Shown one piece after another: positions 49,453 through 60,060 of a stretch of 64,000 bases of DNA (the stretch's first letter is position 1; each line of letters begins with the position of its first letter). The stretch comes from Longimicrobiales bacterium (GTDB lineage: Bacteria; Gemmatimonadota; Gemmatimonadetes; Longimicrobiales; Gaopeijiaceae). The stretch covers positions 608,001 through 672,000 of the forward strand of contig CAXXKM010000001.1 of NCBI GenBank assembly GCA_963664435.2, given 5' to 3'. The notes under the pieces were generated by a model. The model did no database searches. It was not told where the DNA came from and was given only the letters and a program-made list of their open reading frames with translations. The position numbers and the translations under genes were made by a program.

Positions 49453-50922
49453 ATGCAGGAATCGACCTTCTTTCTGACGGTACGCGAACTGGCCGACCTC
49501 CTCGCCGACGGCTCCATCACCTCGGTCGAAATGACCGAGGCCTACCTGGACCGTGCCGAGGAGCTGGACGTCCCCCCCTTCGAGCTGCCCAGCGAGCCCC
49601 GCACCGACCAAAACGGCAAGCTGGCCACCATGGTCACCATCGCGCGCGACCACGCCCTCGAGGCCGCCGAGCGCGCCGACCGGGAGCTGGCCGCCGGGAA
49701 TCGCCGCAGCATCCTGCACGGGATCCCCTACGGCGTGAAGGACCTGCTCGACACCCGCGGCATCCGCACCACCTGGGGCTCCGGCATCTTCCGGGACCGG
49801 GTGCCGGACCGGAACGCGGCCGTCATCGACATGCTCGAAGGCGCCGGCGCCGTGCTCATGGCGAAGAATTCGCTCGGCGAGTTCGCGGGCGGCAACACCA
49901 GCTCCGCCCTCAACCCGTGGAAGCTCGACCGCACCAGCTTCGGCTCCTCCAGCGGGACGGTGTCGGCGGCGGTGGCCGGCCTCATCGGCTTCGGCATCGG
50001 GACGGAGACGGGCGGCTCCATAGTATTTCCGGCCTCCGCGGTGGGGGCTTCCGGGCTCCGCCCCAGCTTTGGCCGCGTGAGCCGCTTCGGCTGCATGGCG
50101 CTCTCATGGAGCCTGGACAAGATCGGTCCCGTGGGGCGCTCGGCGGAGGATTGCGGTCACATCCTGCAGTACATCGCCGGATACGACGCGCGCGACAACA
50201 GCACCGTCGACCGGCCGTTCGTCTTCCGCGCGGATCCGGGCACCATGCGCGGGCGGCGGCTGGGCGTGCATCGGCCCGAATTCCTGCTCTCGGGCTCGGA
50301 GAACACCCGGCGCGTCTTCCAGGAGGCGCTCGACGTCTTCGAGCAGATGGGCGTGGTGCTGGAGGATGTGGAGCTGCCCCTCCGGCCCACCGGCGCCCTC
50401 TTCACCACCATCGTCACGGTGGAGAGCGGCACCAACTTCCAGGCCCTCTTCGAGGACGGCAGCGCGGCCAACATGTTCTCGTTCAACGAGGACCGGCGCG
50501 CGGGCTGGATGGCCGGGCGCATGATGCCCGCCGCCGACTATCTCACGGCCCAGCGCATCCGCAACCAGCTCGTGCGCGAAACCGACGAGATCCTCTCGCG
50601 CTACGACGCGGTCATCGCCCCGACGTGGCCCAACGGCGCCGCCATGCGCGAGGTGAGCGAGGGCTGGCCCATCCCGGCGCGCAACGAGTGGGAGCCGCCC
50701 GACGACGTCAGCGGCCGCACCCCGCGCCTCAACTACATCGCCAACCTGGTCGGCCTTCCGGGGCTCGCCATCCCCTGCGGATTCGACGAGGACGGGCTGC
50801 CGCTGTCGCTGCAGATCTGCGGCTCGTCGATGGACGATCAGGCCGTGCTGGATATGGGAATGGGGTATCAGCGCGAGACGGACTGGCACCTGCGGCGGCC
50901 GGAGTATCCCTGGAGGGAATAG
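49453..50922 (+). CDS. Amidase-signature enzyme (GatA/AtzE-like)
   Basis: LHGIPYGVKD, GSSSG, GTETGGS, GLPGLAIPCG; no signal peptide. Confidence 0.93.
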   Translation: MQESTFFLTVRELADLLADGSITSVEMTEAYLDRAEELDVPPFELPSEPRTDQNGKLATMVTIARDHALEAAERADRELAAGNRRSILHGIPYGVKDLLDTRGIRTTWGSGIFRDRVPDRNAAVIDMLEGAGAVLMAKNSLGEFAGGNTSSALNPWKLDRTSFGSSSGTVSAAVAGLIGFGIGTETGGSIVFPASAVGASGLRPSFGRVSRFGCMALSWSLDKIGPVGRSAEDCGHILQYIAGYDARDNSTVDRPFVFRADPGTMRGRRLGVHRPEFLLSGSENTRRVFQEALDVFEQMGVVLEDVELPLRPTGALFTTIVTVESGTNFQALFEDGSAANMFSFNEDRRAGWMAGRMMPAADYLTAQRIRNQLVRETDEILSRYDAVIAPTWPNGAAMREVSEGWPIPARNEWEPPDDVSGRTPRLNYIANLVGLPGLAIPCGFDEDGLPLSLQICGSSMDDQAVLDMGMGYQRETDWHLRRPEYPWRE

Positions 50923-51008
50923 GACGCCGACTCGGACGGAGCCGCAGCGCGGACGCGGACCGGGCCACAGGGCCTGGCGGTGCCCCGTTGATGCGGGTGG
51001 GCTGACCC

Positions 51009-52301
51009 TCAGTTCCGGTGCAACCGAAATACCCGCGGATGCTCGACGTCCAGCTCATCCCGGTAGACGCCGAGCACGTAGTCCACGCCGATCTCCATGA
51101 CCGACAAATCGGCCGGGATCTCGACGCCGCCCAGCCATGCGCCATCGGGCCCCAGCACCTGCCAGGTTTCCGGGCCGCCGCCTTCATTCGGCGCGACGAA
51201 CGGTCTCAGCCAGATCGCTCCCGTCGGGTCCACCTTCACGTCCGCGTAGGCCGGACGCCGGTCGGTGACGGGCAGATCCTGGTAGAACTCCAAGATCATC
51301 GGCGGAAGCTCGTCCGGGTCCTGCAGGCGTGCGTCTCGTTCCCTTTCGAATGCGTCGGCGGACAGCTCCAGCGGATATCCCGGAATGCGAAGGATGCGAG
51401 CCGGCACGCCGTCGGCCGTCAACTCCTCGATCTGCATGTCGACGGCGTCTCCCAGGAAAACTCGCCCCGCGTGCGCCGCCACGAACGCATCGCGACCGAA
51501 GGGATGAGGGCCGGCGAAGGCCCCGCCGCCGCTGTTGACGTGCATGAAGACCTCGTTGCCGGCCGTCACCCCGATGCTGTCGACCGACTCGCCGGCCGGG
51601 TCAACGCGGAACAATCCGCCCGGCTGCCTGAGGAAGGCGCTCCCGCCCTCATGCCCCATCATGAACCGGATACGCGTCTCGATGACGATTTCGCCATTCC
51701 CGAGATGGGCCACGGCGTTTGATTCGGCGATCACGCCGGACGGGAGGGGCACGTTGAAGGTCCCGAGCAATGCCCGGTCCGGCCCGAAGAAGGTCACGCG
51801 GCCACTGGCATCCAGGACGATCAGCGAATCGCCGGCGTTGTCGAATCCCACGATCGCGCGGAACTCACCGGGACCATCCCCCTCGCCGCCCAGGGAAGCG
51901 ATGTGGCTGCCTTCCGCCGTATACAGCCGGATTTCGTTCGAGCCTCCGTTGGCCACAGCCAGCGACCCTGCGCTCAGGCGCCGCATTCCCCGCACCCGGA
52001 AGAATTCGTGACCGGGTCCCGTTCCGGCTGCGCCGAGATCCAGCAGCGGCTCCGGCTCCACGCGCCATGCGTCCGAGTCCGACCATCGCGGTGCCGTGGA
52101 TTCGACGATTTCGATGCCCGCGCTGTCCCGAACGGTCGTGGACGGGGCTTCGCCCTGCCGGCCGTCTCCGCCGCATGCCGCGCCGAAGATCAGGAACAGC
52201 GCGGGGAGGACGTGCTGGGGGAGGGTACGATGGCGGAGGACGCGATGGGGGAGGACGCGATGACCGAAGCGCCCGATGGGCTCTACCTCATGCACATGCA
52301 T
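51009..52301 (-). CDS. 6-bladed beta-propeller lipoprotein
   Basis: Lipobox GAAC; VRDSAGIEIVE, GEGDGPGEF, VDPTGAIW, DELDVE. Start uncertain. Confidence 0.75.
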   Translation of the reverse strand: MHVHEVEPIGRFGHRVLPHRVLRHRTLPQHVLPALFLIFGAACGGDGRQGEAPSTTVRDSAGIEIVESTAPRWSDSDAWRVEPEPLLDLGAAGTGPGHEFFRVRGMRRLSAGSLAVANGGSNEIRLYTAEGSHIASLGGEGDGPGEFRAIVGFDNAGDSLIVLDASGRVTFFGPDRALLGTFNVPLPSGVIAESNAVAHLGNGEIVIETRIRFMMGHEGGSAFLRQPGGLFRVDPAGESVDSIGVTAGNEVFMHVNSGGGAFAGPHPFGRDAFVAAHAGRVFLGDAVDMQIEELTADGVPARILRIPGYPLELSADAFERERDARLQDPDELPPMILEFYQDLPVTDRRPAYADVKVDPTGAIWLRPFVAPNEGGGPETWQVLGPDGAWLGGVEIPADLSVMEIGVDYVLGVYRDELDVEHPRVFRLHRN

Positions 52302-52312
52302 CCCAGGCCGTC

Positions 52313-53323
52313 CTAGTTCCAGGAACGTCCCCGCATCCCCTCCACATCCAGGTTGCCGCCGCTCAGCACGCAGACGGTCCGGGTTCCCGGAGGTGCATCC
52401 ACCAGCCCCTGAAGAAGGGCGCCGACCGGAGCGGCGGCGGCCCCCTCGACCACGACCTTGGCCCGGGTCATCAGCCACAGCATCGCGTCGAAGATCTGGG
52501 AATCGGGGAGGGTGACGATCTCGTCGACGAAGCGCGACACCACCGAGCAGGTGTGGTTGCCGACCTTCCTGACGCGGAGTCCGTCGACGAGGCAGTCGAC
52601 CTCGTCGAGGACCACGCTCGCTCCCGCCTCCACGCTTCGCTTCATCCCAGGGGCGCCGGAGGACTCCACGCCGACGATCCGGACCTCCGGCTTGACGGAC
52701 TTTGCCGCCATCGAGACGCCCGAGATGAGGCCGCCGCCCCCGATGGGCACGATCAGGAGTTCGGTTTCCGGGAACTGGTCCATGATCTCGAGCCCGAGGG
52801 TCCCCTGCCCCGCGATCAGCTCCGGGTCATCGAACGGGTGGATGTAGGTGAGGCCCTCGGCCTTGACGAGCTCCAGCGCCTTTTCGTTGGCCTCGTCCCA
52901 GATGCTGCCGTGGAGGACGACGCGGGCCCCGTAGCCCTCGGTGGCCGCGATCTTGGACCGTGTGGCGTTTTCGGCCATGACGACGACCGCACGCACGCCG
53001 TACTGCCGCGCCGCGAGGGCCACGCCCTGGGAGTGGTTCCCCGCCGAGGAACAAATGACGCCGCGGGCGCGCTCCTCCTCGGTCAGCCTCGCGATCTTGT
53101 TGAGCGGTCCGCGCAGCTTGTAGGAGCCGCCCCGCTGGAAGAGTTCGGCCTTCAGGCGCACGTCCAGCCCGCACTCCTCGGTGAGGGATCGGCTGGTCAG
53201 CATGGGCGTGCGGTAGACGTAGGGCGCCACGTTCCTGAACGCGGCCTCGAAATCGGCCCGGTGGAGGGTCAGACCATTGCCGTTGACGGAGGGTCCGGGT
53301 GCCGCGGTGTCGCCATTCTTCAT
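52313..53323 (-). CDS. Threonine/serine dehydratase or racemase (PLP fold II, no ACT domain)
   Basis: RTP, GSYKLRG, SAGNH, HPFD, GGGGL, SGGN; ATG 53323. Confidence 0.92.
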   Translation of the reverse strand: MKNGDTAAPGPSVNGNGLTLHRADFEAAFRNVAPYVYRTPMLTSRSLTEECGLDVRLKAELFQRGGSYKLRGPLNKIARLTEEERARGVICSSAGNHSQGVALAARQYGVRAVVVMAENATRSKIAATEGYGARVVLHGSIWDEANEKALELVKAEGLTYIHPFDDPELIAGQGTLGLEIMDQFPETELLIVPIGGGGLISGVSMAAKSVKPEVRIVGVESSGAPGMKRSVEAGASVVLDEVDCLVDGLRVRKVGNHTCSVVSRFVDEIVTLPDSQIFDAMLWLMTRAKVVVEGAAAAPVGALLQGLVDAPPGTRTVCVLSGGNLDVEGMRGRSWN

Positions 53324-53471
53324 GTTCGCGCCCGGCCAGGGAGGTTGCCGGTCTTGAACTGTGCATGATGCATGGAACGACTCCGGCGTGTTGAGCCACT
53401 GCTCGGTGAGCGGGACGGGGGGCGGCCGCTGGGCGACCCGATGTTGCGTCGGGCCGTCCACAATAGGCATG

Positions 53472-54359
53472 TCACCCGGCCAGCGCCAGCAACCCGATGC
53501 CGGCGAAAACGAGCACGGCTCCGACGGTGCGAACGCGCCCGAACCGCTCTCCCAGAAGGAGCCATCCCGCCAGGGCCCCGAAGACGATGCCCACCTCGCG
53601 CGCGGCGCCGGCGTAGCTGATGGGGGCCATCTGGAAGGCCCGGAGTACCAGCGCATAGGCCACGAACGTCATGACCGCGATCATCGCGATCGGACGAAAG
53701 TGCGTGCGCAGAACCCGAAACACCCGTTTCCCGTCCCGGCTCGCCAGGATGCCCACGAACGCCAGTCCGGAGAGCCCGAATACCAGCACCAGATACGGCA
53801 GCGGGAGCCATTGCCGGACCGCCGCACCATCGAGCGTCGAGTACACGGAGATGAAAAACGCGACCAGCAAGGCCAATCCCGAGCCCCGCGCGTGGGCGCG
53901 CAACTGGCGCCAGCGATGGCCGGCGGGCGTTCGGATGGAGGAAACACGCGACCACAGGGGCGCCCCGCCGAGCACGATCAGCCCGCACAGGATCGTCGCG
54001 ATCCCGAGCACTCCTCCCGGCGACGGGCGCTCGCCCAGAAACAGAACCACCCACAGGGCGAGCATCGCGGGCGCCGTCCCGCGCGCGATCGGATATACGA
54101 GCGAGAAGTCGCCGTCTCCGTACGCCCGCGCCAGGCACCCGTAGTACGCCACGTACACGGCCGCGCTCGCGCCGACGAACGGCCACACACCCGCAGGAGG
54201 GGGCCATGCCGGCACCAGGGTCGGGATGAAGACAACCGCACCGAGCAGCATCGCCCACGCCGCCACAACGACCCGCTCGCTGGAACGCTTGAGGATCAGG
54301 TTCCACGAGGCGTGCAGGAGTCCTGCCGCCAGAACCAGGGCGAGGGCGGTTACGGGCAC
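53472..54359 (-). CDS. EamA/DMT transporter
   Basis: LHASWN, GDFSLVYPIARG, ARE, LGER; about 10 TM helices. Confidence 0.9.
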   Translation of the reverse strand: MPVTALALVLAAGLLHASWNLILKRSSERVVVAAWAMLLGAVVFIPTLVPAWPPPAGVWPFVGASAAVYVAYYGCLARAYGDGDFSLVYPIARGTAPAMLALWVVLFLGERPSPGGVLGIATILCGLIVLGGAPLWSRVSSIRTPAGHRWRQLRAHARGSGLALLVAFFISVYSTLDGAAVRQWLPLPYLVLVFGLSGLAFVGILASRDGKRVFRVLRTHFRPIAMIAVMTFVAYALVLRAFQMAPISYAGAAREVGIVFGALAGWLLLGERFGRVRTVGAVLVFAGIGLLALAG

Positions 54360-54513
54360 GGCGCGGGTTGCTCCTTCAGGGCCCGGTCAGCGGCGGCTCC
54401 GGGGGTCCCCCGCTACGCGCTTCGGGTCCCACGGGTGCGGCCCGGACCCGTCCGGGCGGCGCGGCCTGGATCGCTTCCGGCGGCGCGGTTTGGGTCCCTC
54501 CCGGCGGGCGGCT

Positions 54514-56055
54514 CTATTGCGTCGCGGGCGCGGGGCGACCCGAGGTCCCGAGGATGAAGTCGTCCAGGGTCTCCTTCCACTGCTGCAGCAGCGACTGCTC
54601 GACGTACATCATGTGACCCGCGGCGAAATCGGCGCGCTCGATGTTGGCCCGCAGCTCCGGGGGCAACCCCATGCGGTCCATGGTCCAGACCGCGGCGAAG
54701 TAGGGGGTCGCGAGATCGTAGATGCCGTTGATGAGCAGAACCTTGAGGCTCGGGTTGCGCTTCATGGCCGTGGCCAGGTCGGGCGCGACGTTGGGCGTTC
54801 CGCCGCCCCGGACGAAGCCTCCTCCGCCGCCCAGCCGTCCCCAATTCCAATTGCGTGTCCCGCCGCTGGGCACGTATTCGCGCTCGCCATCGTAGCCCAG
54901 CTCATCCCGCAGATAGCTGTTGAAGGCCGACGTGTACGCCGAGCTGATCGCGGTGGACTGCGGGTCGTGGGAGGGACGCACGCCGAGCGCGTCGCCGGCC
55001 GGACCGGTGAATCGAGCATCCAGGCGCCCCACGATGCGGCCCTGGTCGCGCAGCAGTTCGGCCTCGAAGGCGGGGGCGGTCACGCGCAGGTCGGACTTGT
55101 CGATGAAGTCGTGGCTCAGGCCCGTGTAGCGGTGCATCCGGTCGATGATGCGGGTGCGGCGGGCCGCGTCGAGGGTTCCGCCCGCCAGCAGCGCGGTGGC
55201 GTACTCCGTGAGCGACCACTCCTCGACTTCGGCCATGAAGGCCTCCAGGTCGGATGGCGTGCCCCCGGGAAGGGCGCCCAGATAGCGGGATGTGACGGCG
55301 TAGGACGGGAGGTTGACGATATAGGGCAGGTCATCCCCCGGCGCGAACTGGATGGTGTTGAACTGGAGCACCGAGGAGACAAGAACGATGCCGTTCAGAT
55401 CGATGTTGGCGCGCTGCAGGTGTCCCGCGAGCACGGCCGCGCGCGTGGTCCCGTAGCTCTCGCCGAGGAGGTAGCGGGGCGAGTTCCAGCGCTCGTACTC
55501 GCTCAGGAAGCGGCGGACGAACTGCGCCAGCGAGCGAGCGTCCTCGTCGATCCCCCAGTAGTAGGAACCGGGCGTGTCGCCCAGCGTGTGGCTGAATCCG
55601 GTGCCGATGGGATCGACCATGACGATGTCGGCGATGTCGAGGATCGTGTAGGCGTTGTCCTCCAGCGGATAGGGCGGCGCGCCCTGGGGGCCGACTTCGG
55701 GCGTGACCACCCGGCGTGGTCCCATGATCCCCATGTGCAGCCAGAAGGACGCCGATCCCGGCCCGCCGTTGTAGGCGAAGACCAGGGGCCGTTCGCCCGA
55801 GGGCGCGCCGTTGCGGCGGAAGTAGGCCGTGTAGAAGAGCTCGCCGGCCGGTTCCCCTTCGTCGTTGGTAAGGGTCGTGCTGGCCACCACGGCGTCGTAC
55901 TGAACCGTCTCGCCTCCCACCACGATCGAGTGGCCGGTTTCCCAGCGGGAGGACTCGGCACCGGGGGCGCCCGGCTGGTTCTCCTGGGCCGCGGCCGGTA
56001 CCGCGGGGAGCAGGAACAGGCACAGCGCCAACGCCAACACGAACGGGTTTCTCAT
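54514..56055 (-). CDS. Secreted S10 serine carboxypeptidase
   Basis: ATG 56055; signal peptide; NGGPGS, GESYG, GIYDLATP, GHMMY. Confidence 0.92.
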   Translation of the reverse strand: MRNPFVLALALCLFLLPAVPAAAQENQPGAPGAESSRWETGHSIVVGGETVQYDAVVASTTLTNDEGEPAGELFYTAYFRRNGAPSGERPLVFAYNGGPGSASFWLHMGIMGPRRVVTPEVGPQGAPPYPLEDNAYTILDIADIVMVDPIGTGFSHTLGDTPGSYYWGIDEDARSLAQFVRRFLSEYERWNSPRYLLGESYGTTRAAVLAGHLQRANIDLNGIVLVSSVLQFNTIQFAPGDDLPYIVNLPSYAVTSRYLGALPGGTPSDLEAFMAEVEEWSLTEYATALLAGGTLDAARRTRIIDRMHRYTGLSHDFIDKSDLRVTAPAFEAELLRDQGRIVGRLDARFTGPAGDALGVRPSHDPQSTAISSAYTSAFNSYLRDELGYDGEREYVPSGGTRNWNWGRLGGGGGFVRGGGTPNVAPDLATAMKRNPSLKVLLINGIYDLATPYFAAVWTMDRMGLPPELRANIERADFAAGHMMYVEQSLLQQWKETLDDFILGTSGRPAPATQ

Positions 56056-56240
56056 GATGCCTCTCGTCGGGGATGTCTGGGCTCGGGCAGGTTTCCTCTC
56101 AGGACCGGCTTCCCGTCTAATGTGCGGGGTGGGACAGGCTTGCCAAGTGCACGGTGCCATGACGCCGTCCCAGGCGGGGCGCAATCGACCGCTGCCAGCC
56201 TTCCCATCAACAGCCGGACAGGCGACATCCTGGCCCGAGC

Positions 56241-56807
56241 TCACAGGAATCGCGGCGCCTGGCGCCGATACCGTTCGTACTCCTCGCCGTATTGCTCCTT
56301 CAGCCACACCTCCTCGCTCAGGGGCGCGATGATGAACCACAGGGCCAGCAGCGCATGGGTGATCCAAAGGAGTTGCGAGTTGGCGATGATGCTGAGGCCC
56401 ACGAAAAGGACGGTGTCGCCGACGTATTGCGGATTGCGGGTGAACCGATAGGGGCCGGAGGGAGAAAAGCCGTCTCTCACGCCCGTCGAGTTCTTCCAGC
56501 CGATCGTGGCGATTCCCCAGAACGCCAGCAGGCCGCCCAGCAGCGCCAGCGGGATGCCAAGGAGAAACCGGAGGCCGCCGCCAAGGATCCAGGAGTTCCA
56601 GTCCAGAAACAGCAGGCACGCGTTGAGAGCGAAGGCCACGAGCCAGCCGATCCACGTCAGGGCATATTGCCAGGAGCGGCGTCCCGGCGGGGGCCAGACT
56701 CGGCGATCCGGTCGGACCACGGACCAGACGATGGTGACCAGAAGAAGGAATATGACTATGATGTTGACTATGAATATTATTTGTGTCGATGTATAATATA
56801 TAGTCAT
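56241..56807 (-). CDS. ICMT/PEMT-family membrane methyltransferase
   Basis: GPYRFTRNPQY, EE..L..YGEEY..Y...PRF. Confidence 0.85.
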   Translation of the reverse strand: MTIYYTSTQIIFIVNIIVIFLLLVTIVWSVVRPDRRVWPPPGRRSWQYALTWIGWLVAFALNACLLFLDWNSWILGGGLRFLLGIPLALLGGLLAFWGIATIGWKNSTGVRDGFSPSGPYRFTRNPQYVGDTVLFVGLSIIANSQLLWITHALLALWFIIAPLSEEVWLKEQYGEEYERYRRQAPRFL

Positions 56808-56828
56808 ATCTTTATCACTTCTCGAATA

Positions 56829-58268
56829 TCATGGATTATGATGGCCAGATGCAGGGAACATGGTTTTCTCGAGAAACCGGTTGCGGAACACGCCCTGCGG
56901 ATCGAATCGTGCGCAGGTCGCCCGGAAGGCGGCGAGCCCCGGATAGGCGTCCTCGATCTGCCTCGCCTCAAGCGGATGCCATTTCCCCCAGTGCAGGCGG
57001 GCGCCCAGGGAACGGACCATGGTCGTGGCGAGAAAGCAGGCGACGTTCTGGAAAGGCAGCCGCGGCTCGGCGAAGGTGATGAGGCTGATCGCGTACCAGT
57101 CCCGCTCCTCCATGCCGTGACAGGACGCCATCGAGATCAGCGTGTCGTCGGGACGGACGCGCCGGACGCAGAGGGGATAGTGATGGCTGTAGGAGCCGCG
57201 GATGTTGTCCAGCCCCTCCTGCTTGTCCAGAGCGCGGATACGGCCGTATACGTCGGCCGACACCTCGTAGTCGGCGCTGTCGGCCGCGCGCAGAATCTCG
57301 GCAACATATTCCAGAGCCGGTCTGAGACGGTCGCGCTGCACGAAGATCTCCATCTCCAGATGACGGAAGAGCTCGTGGCGCATGAGCAGCTGCCGGTCGC
57401 TGCGGTCGGTGACACGCCACCTGGGGACGATGCAGGCCGGGAGAAGGTACCGATAGAGGAAGTCCACCAGGCGCCGGCTTCGCAGCAGCGAGGCGGTGAG
57501 CTTGATGCCGAGATGAAGGGCGACATCGATCACGGCCAGCCAGTACGCCCGGTAGAGCATGGCGCCGCCCGACCGGCGGTTGTCCGGGGCCACGCTCCGC
57601 TCGTGCTCCAGGTACGCCCAGGTGTGCGGGATGAGGTAGAACTGCTGCAGGGGCGCGGCCGACTCGCTGTCCAGGATGGCGTTCAGATCCGGGCGCCAGA
57701 CGCATCGTTCGCGAACGTAGTACTGCGGAACGCACTTGAGGGTGACCCCAAGGATTACCCCGAGAGCCCCGACAGAGCATCGGGCCGCCCGCAGAGCTCG
57801 GCCCGAATCGACCGTTCGCACCTCCGCCTCCCCCTCCGCGTTGTAGCAGGCGATGCGCATGGATTCGACGTAATGGGACATCGAGTGCCTTCCCGATCCG
57901 TGCGTCCCCGTGGCGACCGCGCCTGCCACGGTCTGGCGCGCGATCAGGCCAATGGACGGGAGGGTGAGCCCGCGGCGCGCGAGGTGGCCGAGGAGTTCTG
58001 CGATTCGGCATCCCCCACCTACGGAAACGCGGCGGCGATCGGGGTGAAGGTGAATCTGCCGAAGGTGGCGCAGATCCAGCAGCGCATCGGGTGTCTCGAT
58101 GCCTCCGTTCCAGGAATGGCCCGCGCCGATGACGCGAATAGTCCCGGTCCGGTGCTCGTCCAGGATGCGCAACACATCGCTTTCGTCCTGGGGCAGGTAT
58201 CGGTTGCGCGGGCGGAAACGAATGTTTCGGCCGAAGTTCCGTACGCGCGAAGCGCGCCTCGGCGGCAC
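56829..58268 (-). CDS. FAD-linked oxidase, D-arabinono-1,4-lactone oxidase-like
   Basis: GAGHS (covalent-FAD His motif), QTVAGAVATGTHG, RLHWGK, DPQGVF. Confidence 0.88.
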   Translation of the reverse strand: MPPRRASRVRNFGRNIRFRPRNRYLPQDESDVLRILDEHRTGTIRVIGAGHSWNGGIETPDALLDLRHLRQIHLHPDRRRVSVGGGCRIAELLGHLARRGLTLPSIGLIARQTVAGAVATGTHGSGRHSMSHYVESMRIACYNAEGEAEVRTVDSGRALRAARCSVGALGVILGVTLKCVPQYYVRERCVWRPDLNAILDSESAAPLQQFYLIPHTWAYLEHERSVAPDNRRSGGAMLYRAYWLAVIDVALHLGIKLTASLLRSRRLVDFLYRYLLPACIVPRWRVTDRSDRQLLMRHELFRHLEMEIFVQRDRLRPALEYVAEILRAADSADYEVSADVYGRIRALDKQEGLDNIRGSYSHHYPLCVRRVRPDDTLISMASCHGMEERDWYAISLITFAEPRLPFQNVACFLATTMVRSLGARLHWGKWHPLEARQIEDAYPGLAAFRATCARFDPQGVFRNRFLEKTMFPASGHHNP

Positions 58269-58270
58269 GG

Positions 58271-59068
58271 CTAGGCCCGTCCGGGCCTTCGTGGCAGCGA
58301 AGACAGGAGGGCGCGCGTATACGGGTGTCCCGGTTCGCGGAAGAGCGCCTCCGCCGAGGCCATCTCGACGATCTTCCCTTCATTCATGACCGCGACCCGG
58401 TCGCAAAGGTGCTTGACCATCCTCAGATCGTGGGAGATGAAGAGATAGGTCAGCCCGAACTCTTCCTGAATGCCTGCGAGAAGGTTGACGATCTGGGCCT
58501 GGATGGAGATGTCGAGCGACGAAATGGGCTCATCGCAGATGATCAGTTCCGGCTTCAGGGCGAGGGCGCGCGCGATGCCGACGCGCTGGCGCTGACCGCC
58601 CGAAAACTCGTGCGGCAGGCGTCCGGCGAGCTTCGGATCGAGCCCGACGATGCTCATGAGTTCCGCGACCCGGTCCTGTCGCTGTCCGCGGCTCATGCTC
58701 GTGTGCTCCAGCAGGGGCTCGGCGATGGAGCGGCCGACGCTCAGGCGTGGATTCAGCGACGAATGCGTGTCCTGGAAGATCATCTGCATGCGCGGGCGGA
58801 GTGTTCGAAGTTCCGCTGGGGATACGGCTGCGAGATCGACGCCGTCGAAGACGATGCGCCCCGACGTGGGCTCGGTGAGCCGGAGGATGCTGCGGGCCAC
58901 GGTGGTTTTGCCGCAGCCGCTCTCTCCGACCAGGCCGAGCGTCTCGCCGCGATGCAGCCGGAAGCTGACGCCGTCGACCGCGCGCACCGACCCGGTCCGG
59001 CGCTGCATCATTCCGCGACGCACGGGGAAGTGTTTTGTGAGGCCGGTGACTTCGAGGAGGGGGGTCAT
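58271..59068 (-). CDS. Oligopeptide-type ABC ATPase (OppF/DppF-like)
   Basis: [24 protein letters not shown]; ends without the Cys-rich tail. Confidence 0.9.
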   Translation of the reverse strand: MTPLLEVTGLTKHFPVRRGMMQRRTGSVRAVDGVSFRLHRGETLGLVGESGCGKTTVARSILRLTEPTSGRIVFDGVDLAAVSPAELRTLRPRMQMIFQDTHSSLNPRLSVGRSIAEPLLEHTSMSRGQRQDRVAELMSIVGLDPKLAGRLPHEFSGGQRQRVGIARALALKPELIICDEPISSLDISIQAQIVNLLAGIQEEFGLTYLFISHDLRMVKHLCDRVAVMNEGKIVEMASAEALFREPGHPYTRALLSSLPRRPGRA

Positions 59069-60060
59069 CCGGTCCACCAGCAGGCCGCGCGGGCCCCCTT
59101 CCCCGCCGGAAGCAGCGGAGGTCTCTCCCGACGGCAGCGGTCGAAGGCGTGCGGGCAGCGTTCCGTGAACGTGCACCCCTCGGGGAGCTGCGTCATGTCG
59201 GGCGGTTGGCCCGGAATCGCATTCAGGTGCCCCCGACCCTCTTCGTCGAGCGCGGGCAGGGAGCCCAGAAGGCCCTGGGTGTAGGGATGGGCCGGCGCGT
59301 CGAACAGGCGCCGGGCCCGGGCGGTCTCGACGATGGACCCTCCGTACATCACCGCGACCCGGTCCGCCAGGCTCGCCACCACGCTCAGATCGTGGGTGAT
59401 CCAGATCATCGCCATGTCGCGCGTCGCCTGAAGCTCGGACACCAGATCCAGAATCTGCGCCTGGATGGTGGCGTCCAGCGCGGTGGTCGGCTCGTCCGCG
59501 ATGAGGAGGCTGGGCTCGCAGGACAGCGCGATCGCGATCATCACCCGCTGACACATGCCGCCCGAGAACTGGTGCGGATAGTCGTCGAACCGGGAGGCGG
59601 GCCGCGGGATGCCCACCGATGCGAGCAGCTCGATCGCGCGGGCGCGCGCGGCGCGGCGCCCAAGCCGGAGGTGCACCTCCAGGCTCTCGGTCAGCTGACG
59701 GCCGATGGTGAGCACGGGATTGAGGGATGCGCGCGGGTCCTGAAAGATCATCCCGATCTCGGCTCCGCGCACGCGTCTCATTTCTTCATCGTTAAGCCCC
59801 AGCAGGCTCCGGCCCTTGAAGCTCACCTCGTCGGCCCGGACGCGGGTACGTTGGGGGGGCAGCAGGCGGAGCACGGAGAGCATGGTGGCGGTCTTGCCGC
59901 AACCGCTTTCGCCGACCAGGGCAAGCACCTCGCCCCGGCGGACCGAGAAGCTCACGCCGTTGACCGCGTGCACGAGCCCCCGGTCGGAGAAGAACTGCGT
60001 GTGCAGGCCTCGAACGCGGAGCAGAGCGCGGGATGCGTCGCCGGGAGGCTCGGGCGTCAT
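59065..60060 (-). CDS. Oligopeptide-type ABC ATPase (OppD/DppD-like)
   Basis: [30 protein letters not shown]-terminal Cys cluster. Confidence 0.92.
   Translation of the reverse strand: MTPEPPGDASRALLRVRGLHTQFFSDRGLVHAVNGVSFSVRRGEVLALVGESGCGKTATMLSVLRLLPPQRTRVRADEVSFKGRSLLGLNDEEMRRVRGAEIGMIFQDPRASLNPVLTIGRQLTESLEVHLRLGRRAARARAIELLASVGIPRPASRFDDYPHQFSGGMCQRVMIAIALSCEPSLLIADEPTTALDATIQAQILDLVSELQATRDMAMIWITHDLSVVASLADRVAVMYGGSIVETARARRLFDAPAHPYTQGLLGSLPALDEEGRGHLNAIPGQPPDMTQLPEGCTFTERCPHAFDRCRRERPPLLPAGKGARAACWWTG

Noticed and set aside
49453..50922. Calling this gatA
   Set aside because: No gatB nearby, the partner has a Tat signal, and GatA-specific segments are not evident.
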